Shown one piece after another: positions 1 through 13,729 of a stretch of 64,000 nucleotides of DNA (within the stretch, counting starts at the first letter, position 1; each line of letters begins with the position of its first letter). Below the pieces are notes generated by a model. That model was given only the letters and a program-made list of their open reading frames with translations, was not told where the DNA came from and ran no database searches. Source of the stretch: Podarcis melisellensis (lineage: Eukaryota); assembly GCA_964234715.1 (NCBI GenBank), contig OZ174278.1. One strand, given 5' to 3'. Position numbers and translations under genes: made by a program.

Positions 1-509
1 TAGGACTGTGGTATAATAGTTGTAAAAGAAAAATCATACTTTTATGTTTGCGACAGTAGGGACTGCATTTAGCACTGAAAGAAAAATGTATGCTCTTGAA
101 TGAATTTCTAATTCAGGAAACTTGTTAAGCATGTTTGCTTTTCATTTTTTTATCTCTGTACATTTTATTGTATTAATAATAAATCATATCTGAAATAGGA
201 ACACATAGTATGTAATCATATTAACATTAATATGTAATCAAAAAACACTCACAGTAATTGCAAAATTATTGCATTCTAAAAAAATTAAAATATGTTAGCC
301 TTTCAATACTAGCCTCTTTTTACAAAACTGAATAAGTCATCCTTTGCTAGTACAGTAATGAATAATTTGTAATTCTATATTTTAAGGATAGTTTTAAATG
401 ATGTCAGGTATTCTGTTTTACCCACAGAGTTTGAATTCAAACTGTGCAGGCAAAGGCCCTTGCAAAGTATCCTGCAAGTCCCAGCAGCCTTGTAGAATGC
501 TTTACATTA

Positions 510-647
510 CAGTGGTTCTCAACCTGTGGGTCCCCAGATGTTGTTGGACTACAACTCCCATCGTCCCTGAGCTCTGGCCTTGCTAGCTAGGGGTGATGGG
601 AGTTGTAGTTCAACAACATCTGGGGACCCACAAGTTGAGAAAGGCTG
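510..647. mobile_element. Palindromic hAT-like MITE
   Basis: Long arms ttctcaacctgtgggtccccagatgttgttggactacaactcccatc / gatgggagttgtagttcaacaacatctggggacccacaagttgagaa, with CAG...CTG termini. The 8-bp TSD is not cleanly preserved. Confidence 0.8.
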
Positions 648-1034
648 CTTTACCAGGAGCTTTGAAAGATATCAGATGCAGCACTAAATCTTCCAGCCAA
701 CTTGTCACACAAACATGTTCTCTCTCTGTTTGTATGCATATACCACACACATATAAATATACTGGTGTATATACACATATGTATGTAATAATTAGAAACT
801 GGATCAGCTGGTTGCCAAGTTGTGTGAAGAGTGTTTTGCACAGGGCCTTGCAGGCACCTGCAAACCCCATTTTGGCTGAGTCAGCTCTTTACTTGCCCTG
901 CAGTATATCTGACTCACGTGGGTGAGCTGTGGCTTGACTAAAACTATATCGTTGAAAGACAGTTGTCCATGACCCTTTTTAAGGTTATCTCAGATGGTAG
1001 CCATCATTACCTGTGGAACAGTGACTGTTTAAAA

Positions 1035-1430
1035 GCAGGGGTTGTCAACCTGGTCCCTACTGCCCACTAGTGGGTGTTTCAGGATTCTAGGTGGGTGGTG
1101 GGGAGTTCTACGGCACAAGCTGAATCCTCCTTCCATCGAGCACTGGTGGGAGGTAAGGAAATTGTACCATCAAGGAAGATGCATTAGAAGTTGATGGGCT
1201 GGGGTGTGGTGTTTTCTGTTGGCAGGGTATGTTGGTGTTGCCTTTTGTATCTTTATTTTAGATCTTGTGATTTATGTGGAAGTTGTTCCACTTGGTTGTG
1301 TGTTTTTAAATATTTTATTTATTATGACTACCGTTGTTACGTTGTAGCCATGTATTTTTTCATGTTGTAAGCCTCCTTGAGCATGATTTGAACTGTGGAA
1401 AGGTGGCATACAAATAAAATATGTATCTAT
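1035..1430 (+). mobile_element. hAT-like terminal fragment followed by a degraded L2-type 3' tail
   Basis: Begins caggggttgtcaacctgg (hAT-like terminus). A GT-rich stretch ends in tgtaagcctccttgagc...gaaaggtggcatacaaataaaa, typical of L2 3' ends. Confidence 0.45.
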
Positions 1431-2016
1431 GAGAAAAGAGACAGGAAACTACTATAGCTTAGGAAGATATGACATGATCATAGTGACAGGGAACAGGGCT
1501 GATTTTTGCAGAACATCTCCTAGTTGATGGTAGTTGAAGAAAATGACAGCCAGAAGAATTATATGGAGGAGCTCAGAAGTGTTTATAGTACCTTAAATTA
1601 ATTTTACCTAGATAGGGAATTGTCCTTTTGATCTCTAACCTGTAATCACTCTAATTATTTCATCAGAATTTTAAGAAAATGTCTTACAATTGACATGCAC
1701 GTAAATTAGACTGAAAGTGCACTCTTATTCTTTTGTCCATGCTATGAAAATGCAAGGAAGCAAAACTACACATACACTTAGAGGTGACAATAGTTCTGTT
1801 CTCTCATTGATAGAAGCATGTAAGAATTATCATTAGATACTAGCATTTGTATCAATTGTTACAATGTCAAACTTGCCATATTAATATTCTTAGTCTTCCA
1901 TTTCAGTGCACAAATAAAATGCAGATCAATTTGGAAATGTGTTTAAGTACTCTAAATATTCCCTGACTTTTCCGCTTCATGTTCTTAAGTCTTTCTTGAA
2001 AATAATGTTGTATAGT

Positions 2017-2019
<3 letters not shown>

Positions 2020-2057
<38 letters not shown>
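2020..2057. repeat. (CA)n microsatellite
   Basis: Directly visible dinucleotide run. Confidence 0.97.
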
Positions 2058-2061
<4 letters not shown>

Positions 2062-3159
2062 GAATTAAGAGGCAAAAGTGGCCAACACCTGACATGACAA
2101 AATTCTGCAATTTTGTTAAAAGTATTAAGAAATAACAATAACAATTACTTATACCCTGTCCATCTGACTGAGCAACTTTTAACATTATAAAAACAGAAGT
2201 TATAATAAAGAGGTGGGAGTAATAAGAAGCTTAGCAGATTGATGGCTAAGTGTGAGATGTCCTCCTTATTCACCTGTTCCTCTTGCATTTGTGCCTTTTG
2301 GGCCTTTTTCTGCTATCTTTTTCTCTTTGCCTCTTGACAAACCTGCTGTGAATCTCGTCCTTTGAATCTTTTGATGAATTGCAGCTGACACATCTACTGC
2401 TTCCTGAAACTTGATTCAGGCTAGTCTTGGGAGGTATAGCAGATTGCCTTTTCCAGTTGGTGCTTCCAGTATTGAAATTGCTGTTTCATTTACTGAATGC
2501 TGGCTAGGAAGGTCGCATTTGAACCCTTCCTCACTTCTTATGGTGTAGATGCTGCTGTTGATGTCTTTTCCTTTGACCCACCATTTTTCTAGAGCCTCTT
2601 AAGAAGTATGGTTCATTGACATAAACAAATGTGGTGATGCATGAATATCTGTCACTTGATTTTTTCCATTAAGATTACATTTTTAATAATATTAATATTT
2701 TACATTTTGGTTAATTTGTTTCTAGAGCTCAGTAGTATTTTTGGCAGCTTAAAATGTGCACACTGTGCTTCATTTAACTGTGTACAGTTTGACATTATTT
2801 CAGGCTATCATGTAGTTATTTTCCCCCCTTACATTGCTTTTAGTAGTGGTGACTTGTCTCATTTTAAGTGCCAAGCCAAATTTAGCATACACTCTGGTTT
2901 TGCACAAGGGGTACTGACACAGTAGCACAGCTGCTGCTACTGATTCTAGTCCTGTAGGCACTGTTTAAAGAGAAGTAAGAGAGTCTTGGAGAGTAGGAGC
3001 TGCCTTGGTTGGGTCAGTGGGAGGAAAGGAGAATCTTTTCCAGGTTGAATTTTAATCAGAGGCAAAGAAGAACTCAGCAAGATTTGTAATGCTCATCTTG
3101 TCATTGAAGAAAGGATTTCCAGATCTCAGAACAGTGAGCTTCACTGGCACCTCTCGCTT

Positions 3160-3250
3160 AGGCTGTAGTTTCAATCTCATTTACCTGGGAGTAAGTCCCA
3201 TTGAATTCACTTGACCTATTTCTAAGTAGACATGGTTAGGATAGCAGTCA
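3160..3250. mobile_element. Short degraded palindromic MITE-like repeat
   Basis: tacctgggagtaagtcccattgaattc...tttctaagtagacatg. A related degenerate copy lies at ~41485-41555. Confidence 0.5.
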
Positions 3251-4097
3251 TAGAAGATGTGGTGTCAGAAACCATGTCCCGTTAATGCAAAATTGAATGC
3301 AGACAGGCTTGTAGTTTGCGCTCCAAATTCCCCTCCAAGTTCCTCCCTAGCCTTCAACCAATATTATTTTTCCTACTTTACATTCAGTAGGCATGTCATA
3401 GATTGTTACGGAAGCTACTTGTGTCAAGAGGAAATAGCTTATTCGGAATGTGCTGCTTGTTGTTATAAAACAGATTGTGTGGAAATCAGTAGCAAAAGAT
3501 TAAGTGCAGAATCAAGAACCTAAACTCTTGAGTAGTTTCCTAATGAATAAATTGCCCTATATTTATAATTGACTAGTTTTAAAAGAAATTTAACCACTTG
3601 ATTTTATGGGCCCTGTGGAGCTGCTTGTAAGAAGGGTAAAATGGTAAATTTAAGATGCTACATGAATATTGATTTCAGATCTATTACAGAGTTCTGAAGA
3701 CGATGGGCACAGTATGGAACAGGAATCTTTAATATAACCTCTGTAACTACTTTGCTGCTTTATGCCTTTATTACTGAATCAAATAAGGTTGATTAAGCCT
3801 AGCCTATGCAATATGTTTAAGCCTATTTCCTATATTGTCATAAAACAGTCATGTTTGGAAAGAGAAGCTGGAGTAAGTGAAGCAGTGTAGATGTATGGTA
3901 CAATAGGAAATTCTGGAGCCATATTAAAATCAGTAGTCAAACTGAAAGGGAACTGTGGAGATTAATTTAAAAATGGAGTGCAGAATTAATCGAATGACTA
4001 AAGCTTTGGGATAATTATCTAGGCAATATCTGTAAGGAATTAAATTTGTATATAAATCTATCAACTTCGCTAAACATACATGTTTGATTATAGTGTG

Positions 4098-5175
4098 TAG
4101 CAACCTTCCCCAGACTGTGCTGGCTGGGGCTGATGGGAAACTGCAGTCAAAAACATCTGAAGCTCCTCAAGTTGGTGAAGGCTGCTGTACTGTCATCAAG
4201 GAAATGTACATAAAGGGTGATTTATAAAGAAGTATACAGGAAACTGTATACTTCATTATGAATCACCCTGTATTTTCATTATGAACGATACAGTATTAGC
4301 AGAAGCTGTAATCTCTATCATAAATGAAATAAAATGGTTTTCAGAATATAACTGTATTTTTATGAGTTTTGCAACACTTCTTTACATAACTATACTGCCT
4401 TCTAAGATGAAGATGGTCTACTAAATGGCAGAGCTTTTCTTACATGTGCATAGATGGACACATAATAATTTTAGCTTTACTAAAGTGTGGTTAACTGGTA
4501 GTAAAATACATTTTTAGATTGTGGTAGTCAGTGGGCTGTCCCGCTCTGCTCAGATGATGTGAAATATAACTCCCATCATCCTTGGCCCATGGGCTGGGGG
4601 TTATGGGAGCTGGAGTCCTAAAATTAAGGAGAGGAACATATTGGCAATGTTTGTTTCAGGTAGTAGTTGTAGTGAAAGTACTTTAAAAGTAACTGCTTGC
4701 CAACAGTGCTATACACAAAGTCAGATTATTGGTCCCTTTAGTAAAGGGGTGGAGGACCCTTTGTAGCCTGAAGGCTCCATGCCCTTGTGGGTGACTTTTG
4801 GGTGGGCATATAACAGTAGTGGGCTTAGCCAGATGCAAGGGTAGGTGCATGTGACTTTTACCCTTGTATAGGCTACATTTCAGTAACCCAAAAGTCAGAG
4901 GTTTCTATACAGATATCCTTGTATACAAGCAAGAGGCATTATTGCAATACAATAACATATTCTTGTCTGGAAAAAGCACTTAATGAGGACATGCAGCAGG
5001 GCTGGGGAGGGAGCATGATGTAGGGTAAGTCTCAAGGGCCAGAAAGGCCACACTTGGTGCTTGGTGCACGGGTTCCCCAGCTCTGACTTAGTCTATCTAG
5101 CCCAGGTGTGGGGAACATTTAGTCCTCTTGATGTTGCACAACTCCCATAAGCCCCAACAAGCACAGCCAATGACC
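4098..5175. mobile_element. Cluster of degraded hAT-MITE remnants
   Basis: Pieces resembling the 510-647 element (gctggggctgatgggaaactgcagtc...aacatctg; aactcccatcatcc...atgggagctggagtcc; caggtgtggggaac...caactcccat), interspersed with unique sequence. Confidence 0.5.
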
Positions 5176-5489
5176 TTTAAAAAAACAGCTGAAATTTGCT
5201 TGGGGAGGTGAATAATCCTGTCTGTTTCCCACTTAATATTTTATCTCCAAATGGATCTCTGTCTTGTGTATCTGAAATTCTTTGGAGAAATGGTTACTTG
5301 GAGAGGGTAATACAACATAAAACATATTTAGAAGTGTATTGAATGAAAAAAATAGGGGATGAGTAGGAAACGAGTTAAGTGTCTTCATCACACTACTTAT
5401 CTCCTTCAGATCCGCTTTTCAATAAAAGAAAGGGGCATCCATCTATAGTTAGACATGATTGCATATAGTGGGTGGTTTGGCCCTAAGAA

Positions 5490-5595
5490 GTATTATTTAT
5501 TTATTTATTTATTTGTTTGTTTGTTTAATTTTATTTATTTATTAGATTTGAATACCACCCTTCATCTATAGATCTTAGGGCTGTTCACAACATGG
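5490..5595 (-). mobile_element. L2-type 3' tail with (TTTA)n
   Basis: (ttta)n run followed by taccacccttcatc...tagggctgttcacaa, the reverse complement of an L2-like terminus similar to 57255-57317. Confidence 0.55.
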
Positions 5596-8500
5596 AAATA
5601 GCTAAAAGTAATACAGACAAATGCATTATTAAAGAAATTGTAGTTCCCAGAGCAGAGCAGTATAGAAGGACTAGCAAGCATAGATGTGGAATTATAACAT
5701 ATTATGTTTGCTGTCAGTCCATTTCTTAACATTACCTGAAACATCTTGGCAGTTGGGTAATTTGCTTGCATTGTAAACATGAAGAGGAGGTGCCTGAGAT
5801 CACCAGATTCAAATTTTGTATTTATACAGCTTCTGTCCAGTGTGCACATTTGACCCCCAAGTGACAGAGTAAATGAAAGCTCTTATTTAAAGTAATGCAG
5901 TCAGATCAAAAATATTGTGCTAATAAAGTTATGCATTCTAATTGAAAGATTTATAGCAATCCATTTAGTTGTTACTAGGTTATTTGTGACAGGCAGATGC
6001 AGAGTAACCTGATTAGAGGAGGCATTGTGATGACTTGTAGCTGCTGAGGAGAATAAAGCTTCAAACCATTGTCATGGTCCATTCTCTGAAATGCATTCAG
6101 AAGATGATTTAAAGGCAGGCATGTGGTCATTAAATTTAAGTTTGCAGCTGCCTAGCTGGAGGTGGTTAGCGTATAAAACATGAATATAAAATAACAGAAC
6201 TCACCTCTGGTCAGTTAACTTATCCCTTGCAATTCAGATTTGAAATGCATTGTTAAAACAAACTACTATGCTATAAATTATTATTTTAAAATATATATAC
6301 TAAATAAATATAATCTTGAATTAAAATGCTTCATTGAAAAAGAAACCCTGGGCATGCAGGGCAGCTGCCACATCGTTGCAAATACTTGTTAAACTGTCTG
6401 GAGCCTTTCATAAACTAATATATCATTCTGTGCATTAATTTGGGGGCAGGTTTTGCCGGTGCAGTTTTTTTGCCTTGGGTTGGGGAAGGTTCTGAATATA
6501 GCCCAATGTGACTGTGGGCCCCCAAAGTAGAGTGTGTTCATTTTACAGTGTTCTGTATTAGGGGGAAAGACACTTGAGATGTCTGTTATGGTTTTAGCTT
6601 TAGAGAGAGGTCCTTAAATGGGAATAAACAAATACGATATTTTTGTCTGCAGTGTTTTCAGATGTTTTACTTCTTGGGGATCCATTTCTAACTTGGATGT
6701 TGAGAAACCCTAGTGAATTACAAAGGTTTCTGAAGAATCATAAACTTCGTTCATGTTAAGGCAAGTCTACTGAGCCTTCTTAGAATTCAGTGTTAATTTA
6801 ATTTAATTGAGGAATCCTCTGCTATAGTTCCAGGTGACCTGGAACGTGGTTTGAAAACTACCTAATTTGTAAACTTAATGGTGGTATAAAATAGTTTTAA
6901 AAGGAACAGTTATTGAGAGTATTCCTTTATGTTTAGGAGTTTTATGATACCAATTGTATTGGTAAACCTCAATGTTGTAACAAGGCAAATCACTTTGAGA
7001 TGTGGAGGTTTGCATTGCTTGTAACATAAGCAAAGCTTTTACACTGACATCTAGCTTTGGATATGGTGGAGGATGCTACACTTGGCTGGCATGTTTAAAA
7101 GAATTATTCAGGTATCTGATACATATTTATAACAACCAATCACTACACTTTGACACATTTCTCAATCCAAGGTTTCTGTTATAACAACAAAGTATGAGTA
7201 TCCATATCTAAAGTAAGGTTGGCAGATTGTCAAGATTTATGAAGGATTCCTAAGCTTAAGAAGTTTAAACATTAAGAACTCTAGAATGTGGCTTGACCAT
7301 TCACATATTTAAATAATTTATCTTTTATATTGTATTGAATTTTGCTGAACTATAGCAGTTTGCATAAAAATAGCAGTTTGTATTAAACTCTATGATTTGC
7401 CAAACAGCATGGATTGGATGGTAGGTAGACAAGGAATCATACTGACTTCAGAGAACCCCTTCCTTAGCCAGTTTGAGACCATCCCAACTTCCCCTTTTAC
7501 TATTGCAACTCTTGGAGGTCAACCATTAGGACAAAAATTATGACGCTTGAAAAGCAGGTTAACTTCTATGGTCCTGAAGAAGATATCAGTAGGTAGACTA
7601 TCTTTTCTGTGAACCACCCTGACCTCTGGGTATAGGACAGTATATAAATTCAATACATAATAATAGGTATATTCAATTCAGGAAGTGTATGGATATTCAG
7701 CCGATAGATGATCATAACTAACTAGAGAACACAAGAAGTTATCCCTCCCAGCCTAAATTACACTGTACTGTTATGCTGTGGGGTTTTTTAAAAAAAATAT
7801 ATTATTATATATTTATTTATACCCCCACCTTTCCTCAAGGTAGCATACACATAAAAACAAGAACCGCTAAAAACAGAGCAAACAATTAAACATTACCAGA
7901 ATTGAAACTATAAACATATATAAAAGGTTATGCTGTGTTTTAAAGGTTGCATAAGCTATGAGCTTCCTTTATGTTCCTCTTCCACCTGTCCTTTGAAATT
8001 ACCACAGTTTCCAAACACTATTTATCAATTTGCCACATATTATATCCGAAACTAATATAAAAGTGCTAAAAATCATTACATTCTTCTGTGCAAGGTTCAG
8101 TTGAATTAACTGGAGTTCAATTAAAGGCATAGTTTGTGCAAAAGAACTTACCAGTGGATAATACCCTGATTTCTCAGTCCTCTCCAAATACTAAAAAAGG
8201 AAACAGAGAAGTGTAATTTAGGGATTTTGTTTACCATGATTGTCACAAATAATAGAATACTTTATATGTTTCCTTACTTTAGAAGGTTCATGAGCCTTAA
8301 AATTAAAATTTTAAATACTCATTTTTCTTGCTATCTTAAACCTGCATCAAAGTTTGAATACAAAAGGGAGATTTTTTTCTTTTAATAGATCATGTCCTGC
8401 AAAATCCTTACGGCTTTAATATATGGTCACACTACACAGTGCCCTCAGTGACTGCAGTTAATTGTTTTATATGCCCTCCTTTTTCAAATCTGGGAAATAG

Positions 8501-8849
8501 GAAGGACAAATTGACTCAGCACCTTCTAAAAACCTTATAGGAAGATACTGTGTTTGCAGCAGCCATGTGCCATAGTTCTGCTCTTTCAATTATAAATGAA
8601 AAATGCTGCAGTGGGCAAATTGTGACTGTTTACATCTTTACTTGTCAACACTTCTGAAACCTTTTTGGCACCCTGTTTACTTGTGGTCTCCCCAATCAGA
8701 GCAGGACCTGCACACTAAGACTTTTAAAATAATAACAACCTGAAGACAGAAGACAGAGATACAGAGGGACGGTCTAGGACCTTGCTGCTAATTTCTCTTT
8801 TAACATAATCAAATCAGTGCAGCCACCCAGCCAGGACTCATAACCCTTA

Positions 8850-9430
8850 ATAAGTCACTCTACTCGATTAAGAGAAATTGATTTTCCTCCATCGTGGATC
8901 ATAGTGATTATGATAAATATTGTATCTGCTGCTCACTTTCTTTCTTCCCTGCCAGTGTCCATTTGTTTGCAGGCCGGCAGGTAAATGAGCTGGGGAGATG
9001 ACGCTGTGTCATTAACTGCAGTTGGTGTCAGCATTCTGACAGCTGCAGAATAGAGTGGCTCTATAGATCAGTGCAGAAGCCGATTGTGAGGGTACTGTGC
9101 AGCAATTACACACACTCTGACAACTATAGTGACAGCCTTAAATGTGGGAAACTATGGGGTGGTAATTTGTAATTGCAGCTAGTTGGACAAGCTGCAACAT
9201 CAGTGGTGTGGTGGCCAGCTGACAGCAGTTTTTGATGATAAGAAATTTGAACAGAAAGAGACAAACGGTCAAGCTGTAAATTCTTAGAAAGGTGCATACC
9301 TTAACTTTCTCCCACTTCTTCCTAATTCAGTCCTGTAAATCAGAATATCTGATGATACAGGCTCTTGCTGTTAAAATGGCATTGACCCCATTACTGCACC
9401 AGCATAACCCTCTGGTTGACTGTCAATTCC
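8850..9430. promoter_or_regulatory. Candidate conserved non-coding element/enhancer
   Basis: Repeat-free, complex sequence with retained CpGs. TGACAG at 9037, 9130 and 9220, CTGTCA at 9420, TGATAAAT at 8911, and E-boxes. Conservation not tested. Confidence 0.45.
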
Positions 9431-9629
9431 AATGCGATGCTAGAAATTTATATTCTTCATGAGATCAACAACTGCTGCACCAATATTGATGGTTGAACCA
9501 AGGTGGATGGTGTGCCACAAACCTATTAGCCGGCATAGGAGGCAGCATCTGGTTTAGGTTTGACAAACCTATATAGCTGTTATTAGAACTCATGTATATT
9601 TTTGTATGGTGGCTGTATGAGAACAGTGC

Positions 9630-9778
9630 CACTGGATCAGGCCAGCCTAGACTAGCATGTTTTTCTCACAATGTCTAGCCAGATGCCCATGAGAAGCCTG
9701 CAAGAAGGACCTGAGCACAAGAGCACTCTCCCTTCCTGTGGTTTCCAGCAACTGGTATTCAGAAGCATTATTGCTTCT
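9630..9778 (-). mobile_element. CR1-type 3' end fragment
   Basis: ctggatcaggcc...ccagatgcccatgagaagcctgcaag...gtggtttccagcaactggtattcagaagcat matches my recollection of the reverse complement of squamate CR1 3' regions. Confidence 0.6.
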
Positions 9779-12700
9779 TTTGTCTGTACAGTACAGAAGT
9801 TTAGAAATTATATCTTAATGATTTATTTATTTATTATGTGTCTTTTCTGTACTGGTATTAAAATATAGTTTAAAATCATACAATTTTAAACTTATATATG
9901 GAAATAAAGAAGAGTATAATGTGTATTTTCATGATGCAAGAAATCAGGAACCCGAGATAAAAATCTGTTTGTCTTGCTGTACCTGCCTTATAAATGTATA
10001 TGGAGCATTCCTGACCTGAATGCTGCAATGAAGAGAAACGGGTACCTCCTAAAGAATACGTAGGAAGCCTAATGTGCAAATACAAGATTATTTTAATAAA
10101 GATGTATATCCCCCTAGTACAGAACTGTAAGTGGAGTTTCTGCTTGTGTAACTAAAATTTTAGACATATAAATTTGATTTTTTGGGGGGGCGGGGGCGGG
10201 TTCTGCTTATTCCTTCTAGTGGCACATAAGTTCATCACCATTTTTTGGAATATGTCTCTTTTAATAGGCAAGTAGCCCTAGTACCAAGTAAACTGCTTGG
10301 TTGTCATCTTGTTTAGTTTCCACTTACATATATCACTTGAAGTTCTACAAGAATTTATACAGAGGCAGAGTGTCATGTAAATGTCAGCAATGGGACATGA
10401 CATGACCTTAAGGCATTGATTATGCCTTTACTCAGACATGCCCCAGAGCTGGTTGTATGGGGTGATGCATTCAAAGGAAATAAGTTTGCATGTAGAAATT
10501 AATCTTTAGAAAGGTCACTTTATTTCACAGAATAGAAACACAAGACCTAAATACAAATAATTTGTGGGTGGGGGGGGAGGCAAGAGGGGAAAACCAAGAA
10601 ACGCTATTGTGTTCTTAGTGTCCTCTGCTCCTGCTGAAATCTAATTAATGAAGGTTGAAATGTTTTGTACTAAGATGCCGTCCCTAGTAAAATAATACAG
10701 TTGTGTTTGAGTTGCCAGCCCTCCAGAAATGGGCTATCTGGAAATGCTGAAACAGTATTCATCCTATCATTGCACTTTGCTGTTGAAATAGTCCGTGTAC
10801 TTTGACAATTGTAACTGTGCAGTGCTTTGGAACAATAATCTGTAGAAGAAAAAAGAATAAAAAAGGCTTGCTGCATGTTTGTAAAGTTGGTAACCATTAC
10901 GCTGCAGTAATAATAAAATTATGTCAAGAATTCTGTGCTTAGTTTACAGTAAGATGATGGAAACATGCTTAAATTTTTTAGAATTAGTACAAATCAAGAC
11001 TTTTAGAAGGATTGGAAGTCAAAACATAGTGCTGCATATTTAGGAGCAAGTAGCGCAAGATAATTCACCAATATGTATTACTGTGTTTTAGCAAACATGT
11101 TACTGACTTAAGAAAATTAGTAGAGAGTTAACGATTGACACCTCTTTCATCCAGTTATCAAAGGTGCTAGAAATTTCAGGCAGCCAAAGTGGATACTTTC
11201 CTAACCATCCTTATTATGTCTGTAGGGCCATCCAATGGTGGCAGAAACATTTTTTTCTTGTGCAAGTTGGGACACCTGATTTTTGTTATGACCCCTTCTA
11301 CCTACCGCAGCCCTCTTTATCATATCTCATTCAGTTATGGAGTGCCCCCCAACCCACAGGATGAGTTTTCAGTAGGGCAGAAGGCATAAGTACAGGGATG
11401 GAGGGGTTGGTAAAATGTGGGGGACCTTACTAGCATGAATGGAAACACAGGGCCTTGTCACTTGTCATTCATTGAATAATATTCAGTAAGGATGTAAATT
11501 ACTGTATTTAGGTTTTCAGGACCTTTGACCACACACTCAAGTCTGCAATTGTTCTGTAAGAATTGCTTGTAGTTTGTTTGTTTTGGTTTTTTTGCTTGAA
11601 CGAAAGATACTTTAAAAAGAGCTATTAACAGCGGAATTACTACATATTTTTAATGGCAGTGGGTTTTAAAAATAAGATGGATAGCACTGTAAATATTTTG
11701 ACCAGCTTCTTAAGCTGATGAGAATCTTTAGGTAGAATTGACTGAAAAATAAAGCTGATAATTTCCATGAAAATATTTATTTATCTGAACACTGAAGTTG
11801 GACAACAGCTGCTCTAGTCAAACTGTTTGCTTTTGCTACTGCTTTTCTTCACTTGTTTTGATAACTATGAACAAAGGTCAATCACTTTTGCATGAAGACA
11901 GATCCTGACAGCACTAGATGTCAGCAAGTAATGTACAGCTACAAAATATATGCCTGTCAACATTTAAAAATCCCTGGGTATAGTTTCTGTTTCTCATGAT
12001 CAACGTAAAACAAAAATAAACTGGAGAAACTTGCAGAGGGCTCTTCAGAGTTGCTCTCTGTAGTGCCACTGACTGCTTTTTCCCTTTCAATCTTAATGAA
12101 TGAAAAATTACATTCTGCTTGTTTAAATGTGTGAAAACTCAGAAGCAAATAAGAAGGGTCCTGTTCAAAGATGGCTTAGTGCAATATCCATAACTGAAAT
12201 GATTAGTAATTCATTTTGGTTTTGAAAGAGATTGTTTAGAATAAAATGCTTAGTGGAGGAAACTGAAAATGGAAGAAGTAGGTGACTGTATACCAGTGCA
12301 TTGGTAATCCCACTCCCCACCCACAAATGTGTCGGACTAGTACCGTATTTGGTTCCTGACACATCCCACCTAACCTGGGCTGTGGTAGAGTTGCCACAGA
12401 TCAGCAGCTGATCACTGGTCTGCAGATCACAGCTTTGAGTTGCTGTAGATGAGCTTGAGTATATGGCATCATGCCCATATGGGCCAGTCTCTTGCTGGAT
12501 TATTTCCATGTAGCCCATGAAATAAATGGTGAATGTGACTTCTGCAATCTTCCACAACATGTGAATCAACTTGGTTTTAAGATTGAAGGTAACTAATTCA
12601 CTTTATGAAAGGTGTGCATTCCTAATGTACTACAGCCACAATTTTAAACTACCTTTTGAATACACTTAAAATACGGTATTTTCCTTTGATTCAGCAAGCA

Positions 12701-13729
12701 TCACCAAACTAAGTACTCATAAGTCACTGCATAATGGTTGCAGATTTTGTGTCATCCCCCCCCCCCCCGAAAAGGCGTGTGTGGCCATTATGTGGTGAAT
12801 TACAGGGGTGGAGGAAGGGGTTGCATACAGTTGGCAGACATAGTTGCTTACCTGTTGGGATGTCTTGGGGTGTGAGCCTAAGGTGGTGGCAGCAACAGCA
12901 GCAGCAGCATTACCCTGGGCCAGGTTTCACTTTGCCTTGTGTCCTACAGCTACAGTATCTCCACTCGAGTGGCAAGCCAGTGAGGGCCTGGACTTTGGCC
13001 CTCACCGCTTCAGGAGCCCCCCATGCCGACCCCTATCTCGCTTGGTTCTAGGAGAGGCAGCTGCACTGGGCCCCCATGCAGCACCTCCAGGAAGCAGCCA
13101 AGGTCACCTGGAAACTCATGGCAGAGTTGGCAAGGTGCAAAAGGGGTCTTGGATCCCTTACGTTTATCTTTTAGAAAGGAGGCAAGGAAGGCGCCTGAGG
13201 CCTGACAGAGTCTCAGAAGTTGTCATGCGATGATTACACGATGAAAGGCAATGTTCCAGTTTTTTGAGTGGAAAAACAAGGTGAGACTATTGTGCAGTGG
13301 CGACAATTATGTGGTGAATTATGGTATTCAGAATTTAAAACATACAGTTAATGAATTTGGTAGTACTCACATCATTGCTGTTCACATAGACCTGAATATG
13401 AATTCCTTTTTTCGTCTTTTTTATATAGGCATCCACTTTTCTTTATTGTTGAAATAATAAATCTTTTGTTTCGAGGAATAAAATACGGTGTTTTACCAGA
13501 ACACTGCTGGAACCATTTTATCTAAATAAGAAATGAATTAACTTGTTTAAGTGTCCTTGATTATCTTCTATTCCTATATATATTTCTCTTCTTAAGAACC
13601 TGTTTCTATCATATACCTGCTATGAACAACACAGAAGAAGGAATCAATGGCTTGCTTGGTCAAATACAGTTGTTGTTTTTTGCTCCCCCCCCCCTTCAGT
13701 TATTCATTATGGTAATGGTACTTTGTGAT

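Noticed and set aside
12734-13233. GC-richer ORF cluster with a short CAG run
   Set aside because: No recognisable domain or convincing splice sites. Probably a decayed repeat that I cannot classify.
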